Both the position numbers and the translations under genes were made by a program. This document shows positions 1 through 15,099 of a stretch of DNA of 64,000 nt, piece by piece. Source of the stretch: the human T2T-CHM13v2.0 reference genome, Homo sapiens; the NCBI RefSeq assembly GCF_009914755.1, contig NC_060926.1. One strand, 5' to 3'. The notes beneath the pieces were generated by a model. The model was not told where the DNA came from. It saw only the letters and a program-made list of their open reading frames with translations, and made no database searches. The stretch's first letter is position 1. Each line of letters starts with the position of its first letter.

Positions 1-540
1 TTGGAAACTAAACGCATGATGGCAGAAGTGAAAAACCCTATTAGAGTTGAAGATAAAGTGGAGGAAATCTTCCAGAAAGAAGAGCAAAAAGGCAAAGATG
101 AAAAGTAGGAGAGAAAAGACAGAGAATAAAGGACCAATCTAGGATGTACAGCATCAGAATATTAAAGTTCCAGAAAGAAAGGACAAAGAAAACAGAAGGG
201 AGAAAGTTATCAATGAAATAATTAAAGGAAAGGCCCCAGAGCTGAAGGACATGAGTTTCCAGACTGAGTGGGTCCTCCGCGTGCCTCACACACAGGGGGA
301 AGGACTCGTGCCAACAATTATTGTTGGGAATATCAGAGTAGTAAAATAAAAGAGAAGAGTCTACAAGTTTCCAGGAAAAAAAAAAAAAAAAAAACAGGGA
401 ATGAAAAAAGATCAGGAAACAGAAAGGCTTTGGACCTCTCAATAACAACGGTGAAAGCTAAAATGCAATTAAGTGATGCTTTCCAAATTCTAAAGAAAAA
501 TGATATCCAACCTACAATTCCATCTAAACTCTCAGTCAAA

Positions 541-674
541 GGCCAGTTTCAGTGGCATGCACATGTTATCCCAGCACTTTGGGAGGCTGAGGCAGGAGAA
601 TTACTTAAGCCCAGGAGATCAAGACCAGCCTAGGCAACATAGTGGGACCCTATCTCTACAAAAAATAAATAAAT
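541..674 (+). mobile_element. Alu monomer (FLAM-like)
   Basis: Single Alu arm with A tail; approximate TSD aaa(c/t)t(c/a)tcagtcaa. Confidence 0.85.
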
Positions 675-1152
675 AGGTAAATTATCAGTCAAGTATGAGA
701 GGAGAAAAAGACATTTTCAGATATGTAAGTTGTAAAAACATTTATCTCCATGCAGCCTTTATCAGAAAGCTACCAGAGGATGTGCTCCACCAAAAGAAGG
801 GGAGTAAATGGAGAGACATGAAAACAGAAAATGCAAGACCCAAGAGAGTGGTGAGAAGAATCTGAGATGGTCATGAAAGGAGATCCCAAGGTGGTAACAT
901 ATACCAGGCTCAGAGGGCAACCCAGTCCTGGTTAGAGAATGTTAGAAGGCTCCAAGAGAAATTTTGCTAGGAAAAGGAAATGTACAGGAAACTTCTCACT
1001 TCTAAATGCCTTTGGAGAAGACTTAGAAGATTGGCAGAGGTTTGGTGTCATTTCAATGAAAAGTACATAGACAACTAAGCAAAAACAATGATGACATCCA
1101 GGAAAAATAAACAAAACTACACAGAAAGGGAAAGTAACTACAGCTTATTTCA

Positions 1153-1524
<372 letters not shown>

Positions 1525-1822
1525 CTATTGATCTCCCCCAAACTATCATGTAACTATATTGGGAGGGCAGGGGAACAAGGAGTGAGGAATAGGATGGGTG
1601 TTGGGGAGGGGAAGAGCTTTAGCTCTTCTTAGGGGAAGTCAAAGGCTGAACTATCAAGAAGGGGTAATACAAGGTGCTCTTTAAAGACATGGAGGCAAAT
1701 AAGGAAAGAATCAGCCAAGAGCTGAAAATAGTTGCCTTTGAGAAGAGGAAATGTGGCAACCCTCATAGGGCAACTTAACTCCTGGCACACATGAATAATT
1801 TTGATTTAAAAACTTAAAAAAA

Positions 1823-2168
<346 letters not shown>

Positions 2169-2184
2169 TTAGAATAAAAATTAA

Positions 2185-2495
<311 letters not shown>

Positions 2496-3829
2496 TTAAA
2501 TTTTTAAAAATACACTACCATTCCCACCCCACCTACCTTTAGGATTTCTTGAAAGGCTGAGTAAATTTCAGGACTTTTCATCGCTTTCAGCCTTGGGAGT
2601 GAGTTCTTTGCAAGCTGTTCTAAGCAGATAGGAACTAGTTCTAAGCAGGACTCAGAAAGGCTCGGAAAACTTTGGGAGATACATAGAAACCGAGATGGAG
2701 CTGAAACCTTAGGGGCCATCCTGACCATACCTCCCTACACCTTGGGCAGGTTTCCAAACCTCTCTGCTCTGTAACAGATGGAATAAAATGTAGCAGGGGC
2801 GGGTCTATGCGAAGACCATCTGCCAGCAGGAAGCCCGGAGCAGGAGGAGGGAAGAGGCCAGGGGGGTGAGGTGGCCCCGCCAGTGTGCAGGCCTCCACCC
2901 TACCTGCTCCAAGGCCCTGCGATCTTCCTTTAGGCCCTGTTTCCAGCCATCCCCAGTGGATGCAACTACAGCTCTGGGCTCGGAAACTAGAAACCCAAGT
3001 CACACCATGCCACACTCATCTGTGTTTACAGAAAGCAAGATAATTATTTACAAGAACAGAAACATTGAGCTAATACACTTTTAAATACACCAAATCCATC
3101 AGACAAAAAGAAAACAGAAACTGCTGAGTGGAAAGGGGGCACTGTGTCCTGTCCCCGTGCGGGACATTTTGGTCAGCAGGCTTTTCCTGCTACCCAGGAT
3201 GTTCTCTCGCCTTGTTCTCCACTGATAGGCAGACCCTTCCCAATATTCCCAAGCCCGCTTTTTCCACGAGTGAACCCAAGTTAAGAAAACAAAGCTTTCT
3301 TCCCAGACCACTCAAGCCCCTGAGCCAAGTTATATCAGTACCCAGAGCTCCCTGGGGCCCAGTTCTCAAAGCCTATTCCAGAGACGTGTTCTGGGCAGTG
3401 TGAGTCACGCAGCTCCCGTCCTTGCGGCCACAGAGGATGCAGGCACAGCCGGGCCCCCACCTCCCAGCAAGCCTCTCCTTGCTCATTTTGGGAAGCAAGG
3501 CTTCTGCTTTGTCCGGAATCGGAAAGACACAGAAGGAATCTTTAGTCCTCGCTCTAGGTCTCCAAAAGCTGGTCTGAGCACTAGGGATGAGCCAGTGACA
3601 AAGTTCTTGACAACAGGTGACAAACGGAGAACAATACGGACAAAAGGGGGTGTGTCTGAAAACACTCGAGGCTTCTTACATTTTTGTTTTAAAATTAATA
3701 TTTCTTTAAAATAAAATGATGGTCACTGACAGTGGATGACATATTTTTTTTAATGTCCTTACTTGGCAAAACTGAAAGTTGGCATCTCTAGTCCTGCCTC
3801 AAAAAAAGATTTTGTTTTTGAATAAAAAG

Positions 3830-4180
3830 TCTGGGACCAGGCTGGGAAGTTTAGTGGGAGGGTGGGGGGCGGGGCAGGCAGGGATGGTTAATGGGTACAC
3901 ACAAAAAAAATAGAAAAAATGAATAAGACCTACTATTGGATAGCACAACAAGGTATTATGGTGTATATATATATATATATTTTTTATATAGGCATTATAG
4001 TCAATAATAATTGTATATTTGGAAATAACTTAGAGGGTAATTGGATTATTTGTAACTCAAAGGATAAATGCTTGAGGGGATGGATGCCCCATTCTCCACG
4101 ATGTGCTTATTTCGCATTGCATCACAACATCTCATGTACCCCATAAATATATACACCTACTATGTACCCACAAATTTTTT
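3830..4180 (+). mobile_element. L1MA-type 3' end
   Basis: ggatggttaatgggtac...atgaataagacctacta...catctcatgtaccccataaatatatacacctactatgtacccacaa. Confidence 0.85.
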
Positions 4181-4447
4181 TGTAAGTCTGGGACATACTG
4201 TGGTAGATGGCACACCACAAAAGAGAGTAAGACCAAGTCCTAGGGCCAGAACCACAGACTCAGAGAGTGAGGAGGGCACCAGATCATCGGTCCAATCTCT
4301 CTTTGAGACCGAAGGATGCTAGAACACCCGTCAGTGACAGAAAGCGCATTCCCTCTGTGCATAGCGCTGGCAGTTAGGGAGTGTTTACTTGTATTGTGGA
4401 GAAACCTGCATGTGCTTGTACCTGGACCTATGTCTGGGACCACCTAG

Positions 4448-5273
<826 letters not shown>

Positions 5274-8200
5274 AGCTGAAGTCTATTTGCCCCTTTGCTT
5301 CTCCCCACTCCAGTCATTCCTCTTGTGATGTCACTTGCCGAAGATCATGTGGCTAGCAAGTGAATCCAAACCTAGTTCTTTCATGCCTGGCCTGGTGCCC
5401 TATCCCTAGTTCTCTAGGTGGGGCAATGGCTCAGGGTCTTCAGTTCAAAAGACTGGCTGTTAGAGACCAGATGGAAAAGCAAGAAAGAAACCCAAGTAGA
5501 AAAAAAAAGCAACATACAAAAAAAAAAAAAATCAATGGGATCCAAATCAACATGTATATATCTGCATAGAAAAAAAGTCTGGAAGGAAATAAGCCAAAAT
5601 GATTGTGGCAGTCATCCCTTGAGGTAGACTAATATATCATTTTAATCTTTTTTTTGTTTTTCTGTGTTCTCTAGTTTTTCTACAATGAGCTGGCTCTTAT
5701 TTGTATAATAGAATAAAATCATGACCATTTAAGATTAAATCAGAAAAGTAAAATTAAAATCATGTGGCCAAGACTCCACTTCCCAGTTGCTCTCCAGTGA
5801 GCAAGTTCGGGGGGAAGAGGGGGTCTGAGACTCCAGAAAAGGTGAAGCATCCCAGCCCCGGCCTGTGCACCTAGCCTATCTGCTGGGAAGAGCAGGCCTC
5901 ACCCCACCTGCCCCATCCCAGGTCTTCTCAAGCCTTGCTGCACCCCACCCCTAACCCCAACAGGCTCCTCACCCATGACATGGAAGAGAGGAACAGGGGA
6001 AGCATAAAAGATAGTGCAGAGGACAATGGCTCACCTCCACCGGGTCCCTTACCCAGCACAAGGTGTTCATATTGGTTTATAGATGGGGGGATATACATGC
6101 AAGGAGTGTGATAGCTCCAGGCCCAGACTCAGCCCTCCTGATCTTAGTCCAGTGCTTACTCCTTTGGGGGCCAAACAGAGACTCCAGGCCCTACTGAGAC
6201 AAGGCTATTGCTGGAGAAGGATGTGTTGAGGCCATGGGTCACCAACACCCTCTATGCCACCCCTCCAGTTCGGCTCCCCTTGGGCCCTCTGTGGCACCTG
6301 GAAGACCCAGGCACATGGTCACTGCTCAGCCAAGCCTTGATTAGAATAGGAGGCTCTGCCTGGGCCAGAGTTCAAGCTGACTCCCCCAGAGCAGGAACTA
6401 GTCCAGACTCTTCCATCATGTGGCCCCTTGGAAGTTGTTTCCCTCTTGGGACCTCAGTTTCCCCATTAATAAAATCAGGGTGAGGAGCATTTGACAGTGA
6501 CTAGACTGGGTGGTCTCTAAGTTTCTTTCCAGTCGTAGCATTCAGAGAGTCTGGGACTGACCAGTGACCCTGCACCCACCCAGGGGAGGGCAGAAGCTTC
6601 CCATCAGCCCTGCCTGTCTGGCTGGCCCTGACCCCGGGTCCCTTAGTGGATGGCCTGGGTTTGAGAGAAGTCCCACCCACATGTGGTGGAGCCCATGCAC
6701 GTGTACACATGGGGTGTGACTGTATGAGGGTGAGGCCAGGAAGTGGGGGGTGCCAGGAAGACCGCCTCCCCATTTTGTTTCTGTCACAGTCACAGTCTCC
6801 GATTCACTCACCTTTCTGAGGTTTCTATTTCTTTCCCCTCCAGAATCCCAGCTTCTCCCAGCTACCCCCACCCACCTACCCACCCCTCACCCTTTCTCAT
6901 TATTTTGTCTTCTCCACTCCTGCCTCTATTTCAAGACCCAGCTTTGTGCATTTTCCTCTGTCTCTGTCTGCCCTACAGATAGGCCTGTCACTTAGGAGGG
7001 GCCGTGCAGCCGTGGCTTGAATGACATGTCTGTGCCCCCTCCATGTCCCTTCCTCAGGAGCCAGCCTCCTCCTCCCTGGTATCCCCAGGCCTCTTCCAAG
7101 TGGTGGCCACAGTTCTCAGAGCCCAGTTCGTTCCAAACAGAAACGAAGATGGGCTCTCATTGAACAATGACAAACTGAAGTCATTATTCTGCCAAGAACC
7201 GAATGAAAAATAGAGAAGCCTGACGTAGCCATGATTTGTTAACGTGACATTTCCTCTCAATGCAATGCACAAATTTTAATTAAAATCTCAGGAGTGATTT
7301 TGGAGTCCTTTATTGTGTGCCTCTAGGCTCTTCCAGGCTGCCCTGGGGGAAGGGCAGGGCCTCTTCATAACAGGGATAAAGGCTCAGATAATTGTCCCTA
7401 AAGGATTGGGAGGTGGGGGGAGCAGGGACAGCTCAGGCTAGCACTGCCTGTGGGGCCAGGAGTCTTAGAGTGCACATGGTCACTCCCAGCCTCCCCCCAC
7501 TGCTCTACCCATTTTACAGGTGAGGAAACCAAGACCAGGGAAGGTTTGCCAAGGACCCATCCACAGCAAGGGTGTGTGTTTGTGGGGGGTGGGAGTGTGT
7601 TCTAGGTGGTTGGAAGGTGAGATTCAGCCCAGGACAAGTTGTGGAAACTGGGAGGGAATGAGCATTCAACCAGCCTTCTGTGTAACAGGAGCCTCCAGCC
7701 CAGGCAGCGTTGGCTGAATTGAGGGCGAGTTGAGGAGAGAGAGGATTGCAAGAGCAGAAATGCAAGCACCCTTCTTTCCTGCAGCCACTCCTGGAGCTGG
7801 GAAAAAGGCAGGTTGGGAGGACAGTCTCTGGGCCCCGAGCCCTGCTCCTCCTGTCTTCTCAGAGAAGAACCTGAGAAAATTCTCAGTCCCTCTAGAAAAG
7901 CCCCAGTCCATTGAGGCAGCCTGAGGAGAAGAGAAGGGCTGAGGGACTGGGCCGATGGCTAGGGTGGCACCCTGGCTTCCTCAAGGCCTAATGGTCCTGC
8001 AGGGGATCCTGGCCTAGGGTCACTTGCCCTAGTTTGGGGCACAACAGACAGCAGAGGAAACTGGCTGGTGTGGGGTCACTGGGGTGAGGGTTAAGTAAGG
8101 AATGAGCAAACAGAGTGGGGTGGACTGCAAGCTGAAGCCCATCTAAAGACCCATAGGCTGGCCTCGGAGGCTGAGCAGCAGGGCCAGTGAGCACCTCCAG

Positions 8201-8523
8201 ATGGGGCCGCCACCTCCCACGGTAAGGCCTGGAGCAGGTCTCATGCCCCATCTGCCCCTGGCCCCACCTGAGAAGTAGTGACTGTTATCACAGGGTCCTG
8301 CTCTAGGACCGAGGTGAGGATGGAGGGAGGCCAGATGCATGCAGGAAGTGTTTGGGAGCCATGTCCTTGCACTCCTCTGCCTGGAGGATCAGGAGCCCCT
8401 TGGAGTGAGGTGACCATCCCACAGCACGGAGTGCCCACCTCACCCCACCCCTCCCAGCACCCATCAGCCCATCAGCAGGTCCCACTGATGCTGCCCTTGC
8501 CCCACCCACCATCCTGGACTCAC

Positions 8524-8620
8524 CCGCAGAGCTGGCAGGGAGCTGACCTGGTCCATGGTGAGCGTTGCCTCCTTGTAGTACTTCCCAGGAGGGCAGAGCT
8601 TCAGGAAGGTGTCATGGATG
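8524..8620 (-). CDS. CIB4: CIB4 coding exon 3 ([33 protein letters not shown])
   Basis: Acceptor ctctcttttcag|C and donor CGG|gtgagt; 97 nt. The phase-2 start completes TG|C (Cys) from exon 2. The peptide is visible inside ORF 8464..8670(-). Confidence 0.95.
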
Positions 8621-8641
8621 CTGAAAAGAGAGGCATGAAGA

Positions 8642-8697
8642 CCGTGTGGCCGGGGAAAGGAGGCCAGCACTGTGTGGCCGGGGAAAGGAGGCCAGCA
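8642..8697. repeat. 28-bp tandem duplication just upstream of the CIB4 exon 3 acceptor
   Basis: c(c/t)gtgtggccggggaaaggaggccagca x2, 1 mismatch. Confidence 0.9.
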
Positions 8698-10306
8698 AGC
8701 CTGTCTCCTGCTGCAAGGGGTGGGGGTGTCTCTTTGAGGAAGGAGACTTGGGGTTGGCTGACACAGAAAAGGCAGTAATCAATAATAATAAAGCGCAGTA
8801 ATAAATATGTCTTCTAGAAACATCCCTGGACCCTCCAGTGTGCCAGGCACACCATAGAGGATGCAGAGATGAGCCAGGTGAGAGGAAAGTTAGGCGAATA
8901 TGCCCTGTAGCGAGCAGCACACTCTACGAGGGTTCATCATAGAATGTCAGAACTGAAGGGGCTTATGTCCAGTCCCTCGGTTACGGATGGGGAAGCCAGT
9001 AGGACCTTGGGGAAGCCAGGGTCCCCACCTCTGGCCATCTGCCAATTTCCATCCTCAACCCAAGAAAAGAGGTCACTTCGTGGGTCTGAGTGAGCCGGGA
9101 TTAGAGCCCGGCTGCCTGCAGCCAGCAAACCACCAGCCTTGCTAGGCCACTTGACAGCAAACTTGGTTGCAGCAGATCGTGGACTGACTGGTCTTCCTAA
9201 TCATCCCTGTCAGCGATGTCTCTTGTCTATAGGATCCCATCCCAGTCAAGAGGATTTTGCTTATAAGCTACAGGCAGAGGGTGAAATGGCCGTGTGACCC
9301 CTGAGAGTAAGAGGGCGGGAGGGAGCTCTGCCTCAGGCTAAGAGAGGATGAGCCCTCATTGCCTGTCTCTCTCACCCTATCCTGAACCTGGGTCCCTGTC
9401 CACCAGCAAGCTCTTAGGCCTACAGGTCCAGCACCCAAGGCAGCCAGTGGAGGTGAGACAGTGGTGCCCTGGGGCCCAGGAGGCCTGGATCCCAGAACCT
9501 GAACTGCTGTGGCAGGGCTGTGTGACCTCGGGCAACTCACTTGACATTTCTGAACTTTAGTTTCATCATCTGGATAAGGGACAAGAATGATATGTCTCTT
9601 GGAGGGCTGTGGCGGGGGTTCAGTGTGAAGGAGGCTGAAGGGTATGTGTGTTTATGTATAAATGGTGGATGGCGGGTGGTGGGGTCACCACAGGCTGGTT
9701 GAAAACACTGTCTCTAGAGCCGGACAGATCTACATTCAAATCCTGACTCTGCCACTTAATAGTTCTGAGGCGTCGAGCAAGGTTCTGAATCCACCTGAGC
9801 CTCAGTCTGCTCCTCTTTGCAGTGGGGTAGTAAATCTCCCCCCACACACTCGTGAGGATTAAATGAGGGGAGGTGTATGAAACGTCAGCGCAGTGTTTGG
9901 TAGGTAAGAGTGTTTGTGTTACCCGGGGCCTCAGAGGGGACACCCAGCCTGCCCTCTCTCTGTGTTTCTCTCCTATACTCCAGGTGCCCCTATGCTCCTG
10001 GGCTGTGCACAACCCACACCTAGACTGTGAGAGTGGGAGCCCACCACCCTGACCCAGACCTGCTCTCCCCTCTCTTCATGGTCCCCTCCATGCTCCAAAA
10101 TTACCCCTCCCTCCTTTAGTCCTTTCCTGTTCCTCTCCTGTCTTCCATCAAACCTCTACTCTCCTGAGAGGCCAGCAATCCCATGAAAGGAGTCTGTATG
10201 CAGGAGTGAGTGACTAACAGTCCCCTATTGACATTCCAGGGTATGTGGTTTGTTGACTCAAATGAGGCTCTGATTGGTGGAATTTAGGGACATGTAACTA
10301 AGTGAA

Positions 10307-10602
10307 GACCAGGTGCGGCGGCTCATACCAGTAATCCCAGCCCTTCAGGAGGCTGAGGCGGGAGAATCGCTTGAGCCCAAGAGTTTGAGACCACCCTAGG
10401 CAATACAGGGAGACCCCATTTCTACAAAAAAATTGAAAATTAGCCAGGCATACTGGCACGCACCTATAGTCTAGCTATTCAGGAGGCTGAAGTGGGAGGA
10501 TCACTGGATCCCAGGAGGTTGAGGCTGCAGCGAGCTGTGATCGCACTACTGCACTCCAGCCTGGGCGACAGAGCAAGACCCCGTCTCAATAAACAACAAA
10601 AA
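10307..10602 (+). mobile_element. AluJ
   Basis: Full Alu; TSD aacta(a/g)gtgaaga. Confidence 0.92.
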
Positions 10603-11588
10603 CTAGGTGAAGAATTTGGAGGGTGATTTTAGGAGTGGAGACTCAGAGGTAGAGCAGGAAGCAGGAGGCTCTCCCAGAGCCCTGACGATGGTAGGTGGAG
10701 GCCTCGCACCCTGCCAGCCACTCACTGTTTCACATCTCACTGACTAGAAAAACATCCTTCAGCTCCCAGCCCTGGGAGAGTGGAAAGAAACTATGCTGGG
10801 ATTCTGTGTGCCCACTGCACTCTGTGCCCTGGGAGGCTGATCTCTACTGACAGTGTTCCCACCTCCCTTTCCCTCTGGCTTAAGGGAAGCTCCAGGAGGA
10901 CTGGAGGTATGAGGGATGGGTGGGGATTTATCCTCCTCTCCCTCCCAGCCCCACACGACTCTGCAGTGTCTGTGTTCCCGCTGTCTCAGGCTAGCAGCCA
11001 GCTTCTGCAGCTCCAGCTCTCAGCTATCACCTCAGGCCTGGGGCAGTCAGGGCTGGCCCCTGGGTGCTTCCCTGGGCCTCCTTCTGAACAGTTCCTTCAC
11101 TGCAAAGCACCTTCAAAGATCCTGCTGAGTGTGCCACCTGCTTCCCGCCGGGTTGCTCACAGACCTATCTGGATCTATCTGGATCCTATTTCTCTACCTC
11201 TAGCTACGAGACCCAAGGCAAACTGCCGGACCTCTCTGAGCACGCAGGCCCAGGTTCATATCCTGACTCTGTCTGATGGAGAGCCAGCCTCCTTCCAGTG
11301 GCATTGTGCAGATCCAGGCTAGGGCCTGACAGATGGGAGCTGGAGTGGCGTGTGGTGTTCATGGAGAGCACCATGACTGCCGCCTTGGCCACGGAAGGGG
11401 CCTGAGCTGTCACTAGGGTCTAGAGACTGCACACGTTTGGGAGGGAGCAGAAAGCAGAGTGTGGAATGGGTTGGGGGAGAGATTCTCCAGGAAAGTACTG
11501 GGGTGGATGCTGGGAACCACAGGTCAACAAGCAGGAAGAAAAGCCATCACTGCTGAAGTGTCCAGTGGCCTACAAGGGGCGAGGGGTA

Positions 11589-11900
11589 GGCCGGGTGCAG
11601 TGGCTCCTGCCTGTAATCCCAGCACTATGGGAGGCTGAGGCAGGCGGATCACTGGAGGTCAGGAGTTCGAGAGCAGCCTGGCCAACATGGTGAAACACCA
11701 ACTCTACCAAAAATATAAAAAATTAGCCCAGCATGGTGGCGCGCATCCATAATCCTAGCTACTCCAGAGGCTGAGGCAGGAGAATCGCTTGAACTCGGGA
11801 GGTAGAGCTTCCAGTGAGCTGAGATTGCGCCATTGCACGCCAGCTTGGGCGACAGAGTGAGACTCCATCTCAAAAAAAAAAAAAAAGAAAAAGAAAGAAA
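11589..11900 (+). mobile_element. AluS
   Basis: Full dimeric Alu with A tail. Confidence 0.95.
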
Positions 11901-12099
11901 GGGTTAAGGGCAGTGGGAGTGGCCGGCTCCAGTCAAAAGGAGCATTTTGTCACTGTCATAGTTAGAATTGCTGGCTTGAGGTGATAAAGAACAGACCCAC
12001 TTTCAATAAGAGCAATTTTCAACAAAAATTAATGTTTTGGTTTTTTTTTAAATCCCTAAGGCAACGCACAAGTGAGCTCGGGCTCCTGCCCCCACCACG

Positions 12100-13820
12100 G
12101 GCACCACCGGGAGTGCCTGCTCTGTGTAGCCAACTCTCACGGACATTCTGCGTGTTTCATGCCAGTCTTGCAAGGAAGGGACCATTGTTTCTTTTACAGA
12201 TGAGGAAACTGAAAGTCAAGTAGGTAAAATAATCTACCTAAGGTCACACAGTGGTAAATGTTAAAGCCAGAGATACAAACACCAAAGCTCGTTCCCCAGG
12301 AGGCATCAGGGGCTGCTGAGGGGCAGAAAAGAAACTCACCAGCCCTTGCCACCCTCTCATGACAAAGCCTCTGTGCCGGGTGCACTCACACACATCATCT
12401 CACTGAATTTTCCCAACAACTCTCTGTGGGAGAAGTGGAGGGGCCATCATTTCTACAGATGGGTAAACTGAGGCTCCGAGAGTTTAAGTGTTGTATCTAA
12501 GGTTATACAGCTGGGAAGAGACGGAGTGGAGGGCTGAACCCTAAACCAAGTTCTTCGGGCTGTGCTGCCCACCCCTAAAGGGCCCACCCTTCTTCCAGGT
12601 GAGAGACTCGAGTCACCCCCCTGGAGAGTCCTCTCGGGGAGGGTGCTGGTGGGGTGCCTGCCTGGAGTTGGTGCCTTCCCAGGCTGCAGAGTGGGCGGGC
12701 TGCCCATAGATGAATCGTGGCTGCATCTCGGCTGCCATAAAATGTTCTCCTCCTCCAAATATGGATCAGCTGGCTCTAAATGGAACCCTGAATTAATCAC
12801 TAATGGACTCAAAAGTCAAAGCCATTTGAAAAACTCACACATTCAGCCTGCCAGCAATCCAGCAGCCTGGGCCATGGCTCCCTTCCACACAGCCCAGAGA
12901 GGCAGGAGGGGCTGCCTGCGGGCTCAGGGGCTGGCCCTAAGACGGGTGGAGGTCACTCTGCTGCTGACTGTCCGTGGGACCTTGGACTCGCCAAGTCCCC
13001 TCTCGGGCCTCAGTTTCCCTTCTGTGAAATTAGAGTCCCAGCATCCCCCCAGCTCCCTCCAGTTTAGGTATCCTATGACTCTAGTCTTTCGTGCCTCTCT
13101 CTGGCATCCCATTTACCCCCTTGCCTCTGAGACCCTCTAGCTTAGTAGTTCTCAACGGGGTCCCACGTAAGAATCATGTAGGGAGTTTGTAAAAGGATCT
13201 GCCCTCCCCACCCCTTGAAGTTCTCATTCAAGGCCAGGATAGAGCCCGAGGCACCTACAGGTTCTACAAGCTTCTCAGTATTTCTACTGCCCCAGAGAGA
13301 TCAAGAACATGACAAACCCGAATTCCCACTCCTCAAGTCCCAGCTTTCTGGCTTCACCCCCACCCCACGGGGTCAATAGTCCTTTGCTCTACAGTACTGC
13401 CTGCAGATAGTAGATATTTTCTAAATGGTCCTTCTTTAGCCTGAAAATGTGGCTTTTAGTTCCCTGATCTGCTACTTGCAATCTGTGTGGGCTTGAGGAA
13501 ATTACTTCATTTCTTTGAGCTGATTTCCTCATTTGCAAAAAGTAGGGATAATAATACCATGATAGTAACAGCAGCCACGTAATCGGTGCTGACCCATGTG
13601 CCAGGTATTGCTCTAACAATGACAGATTTGATCTTCTGGTTGTCCTAATAACAACCTTGTGAGATTAGGTTCTATTTCCCTCAACTATTTTATAAGGATG
13701 GAAACTGATGCTCAGGGAGGGTAAGACACTCCCCCGTGTTTGCACAGCTACTAAGTGGCAGAGCTGAGCCTCAAACCCAGGTCTTTGGCTTCCAGGAAAT
13801 AAACCTGTAACCACTCCACC
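12100..13820. mobile_element. Cluster of MIR fragments plus a MER5-like hAT element (~13140-13312)
   Basis: Repeated MIR cores (ttttacagatgaggaaactga, cctcagtttccc) and tagttctcaac...aagaatca...aagaac. Confidence 0.65.
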
Positions 13821-15099
13821 TGCGGCCTTGAGGTGCCCGTTAATGGCCAGGACAGGGCCATGGAGTCTACAAAGTGTTGGAACCTCCAGAGGTTCTAGGA
13901 AGAAAGGCCCCATGGCTGGGTCAGCCTGAGCAGAGGCTGGAAGCAAAGCTTCAGGCTCCTAAACCAGACCCCACCCCACCCAAGAGAGTGTCAGGAACCA
14001 TCCCAGGCAATGCAGAGTAGTCCGAAGAGCTCGGGCTGAGCCAGGCTGACCTGCGCCTGAGACATAGAGGTCTGGGCTGGAGTCAGGCTGTGCCTTGCCC
14101 AGGAAGCCACATGGGCCTTCTTTGGGTCTGCAGGGTCTGCACGGTCTGCAGTCACCGCCGGAAGGGCCTGGGCCCAGAAGAGGCATCTCGGGAAAAGGCT
14201 TCTTCTGGGACAACCAATTCAAACAGAGTCAGACAATGCTGCCCCGATGCTAGGGCGGAAAGGGACCTTGCTTTTGCTGAGATCAAAAACATGTGAAAGG
14301 AAAGTCTCATAGGCTGGAAACTTAGAGTGAACAGACCTCTTCTTGGAGGGCCAAACCAAAGCAGCCCTGGACTGGGAAGGTGCTGGCTCCAAGACAAGTC
14401 TAGAACATGAGGTCTCCCCCCACCAGCCCCCAGGAGGTGTCATCTGCAGATCTGGTGACCAGGCCTTTGTGTCCTTATGCAAGTCACAGATTAAAAGGTG
14501 GGAAAATATTGGACAGAGCCAGCCTCCCTGCAAAGGTTACTTCTACCTATCGGTCTCTTGAATACTTTTTTAACTGGCTAAGTCCATCCAACTGTACTGC
14601 CATCTGGGCCACATTTCTCTATGACACCAATAGGAAAATCACAAGGCATTGTCAGAGGCCACAGTGGAAAATCATTCAAAAGTGACCAGGGCTTCGTCTG
14701 GCTCAACTTGGCCTTGGTAGCCCAGGATGGCCACTTTCTCCGTGAGTATCACATGCCTTCTGCTCCCTGAGCCAGAGAAGCTGGGCATCCACATCACAGC
14801 TGTCCCCTCACTTTACAGACAGCATGCCCACACCAACCCTAACATATTCCACTCCCCAGGGCCCCACCAAGAAGATAACCTATTATCAGTTTCTGTGTCT
14901 GCTTCCAGGGATATTCTCCTCTGTGTATGCATGTATGAACAGCCCTTTATTTCATAAGAGCAGTAGCAGCCTGTATGTACTGGTCTTGTTTGCCAAAGTA
15001 ATACAGTTAAATAGATTAAAAATGCAAATAGTACTGTGATACTGTGAAGCTTACAATCAAAGTTACAAATACTCCGTACCCCACACCACCTCTCTAACC

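Noticed and set aside
3856-3874. G-quadruplex motif GGGAGGGTGGGGGGCGGGG
   Set aside because: It is the ordinary G-rich tract of an L1 3'UTR.
8464-8670. 68-aa ORF as a standalone gene
   Set aside because: Only 8524-8620 is coding (CIB4 exon 3); the rest is intronic read-through.
14112-14142. (GGTCTGCAN)3 short tandem repeat
   Set aside because: Trivial slippage repeat with no supporting context.
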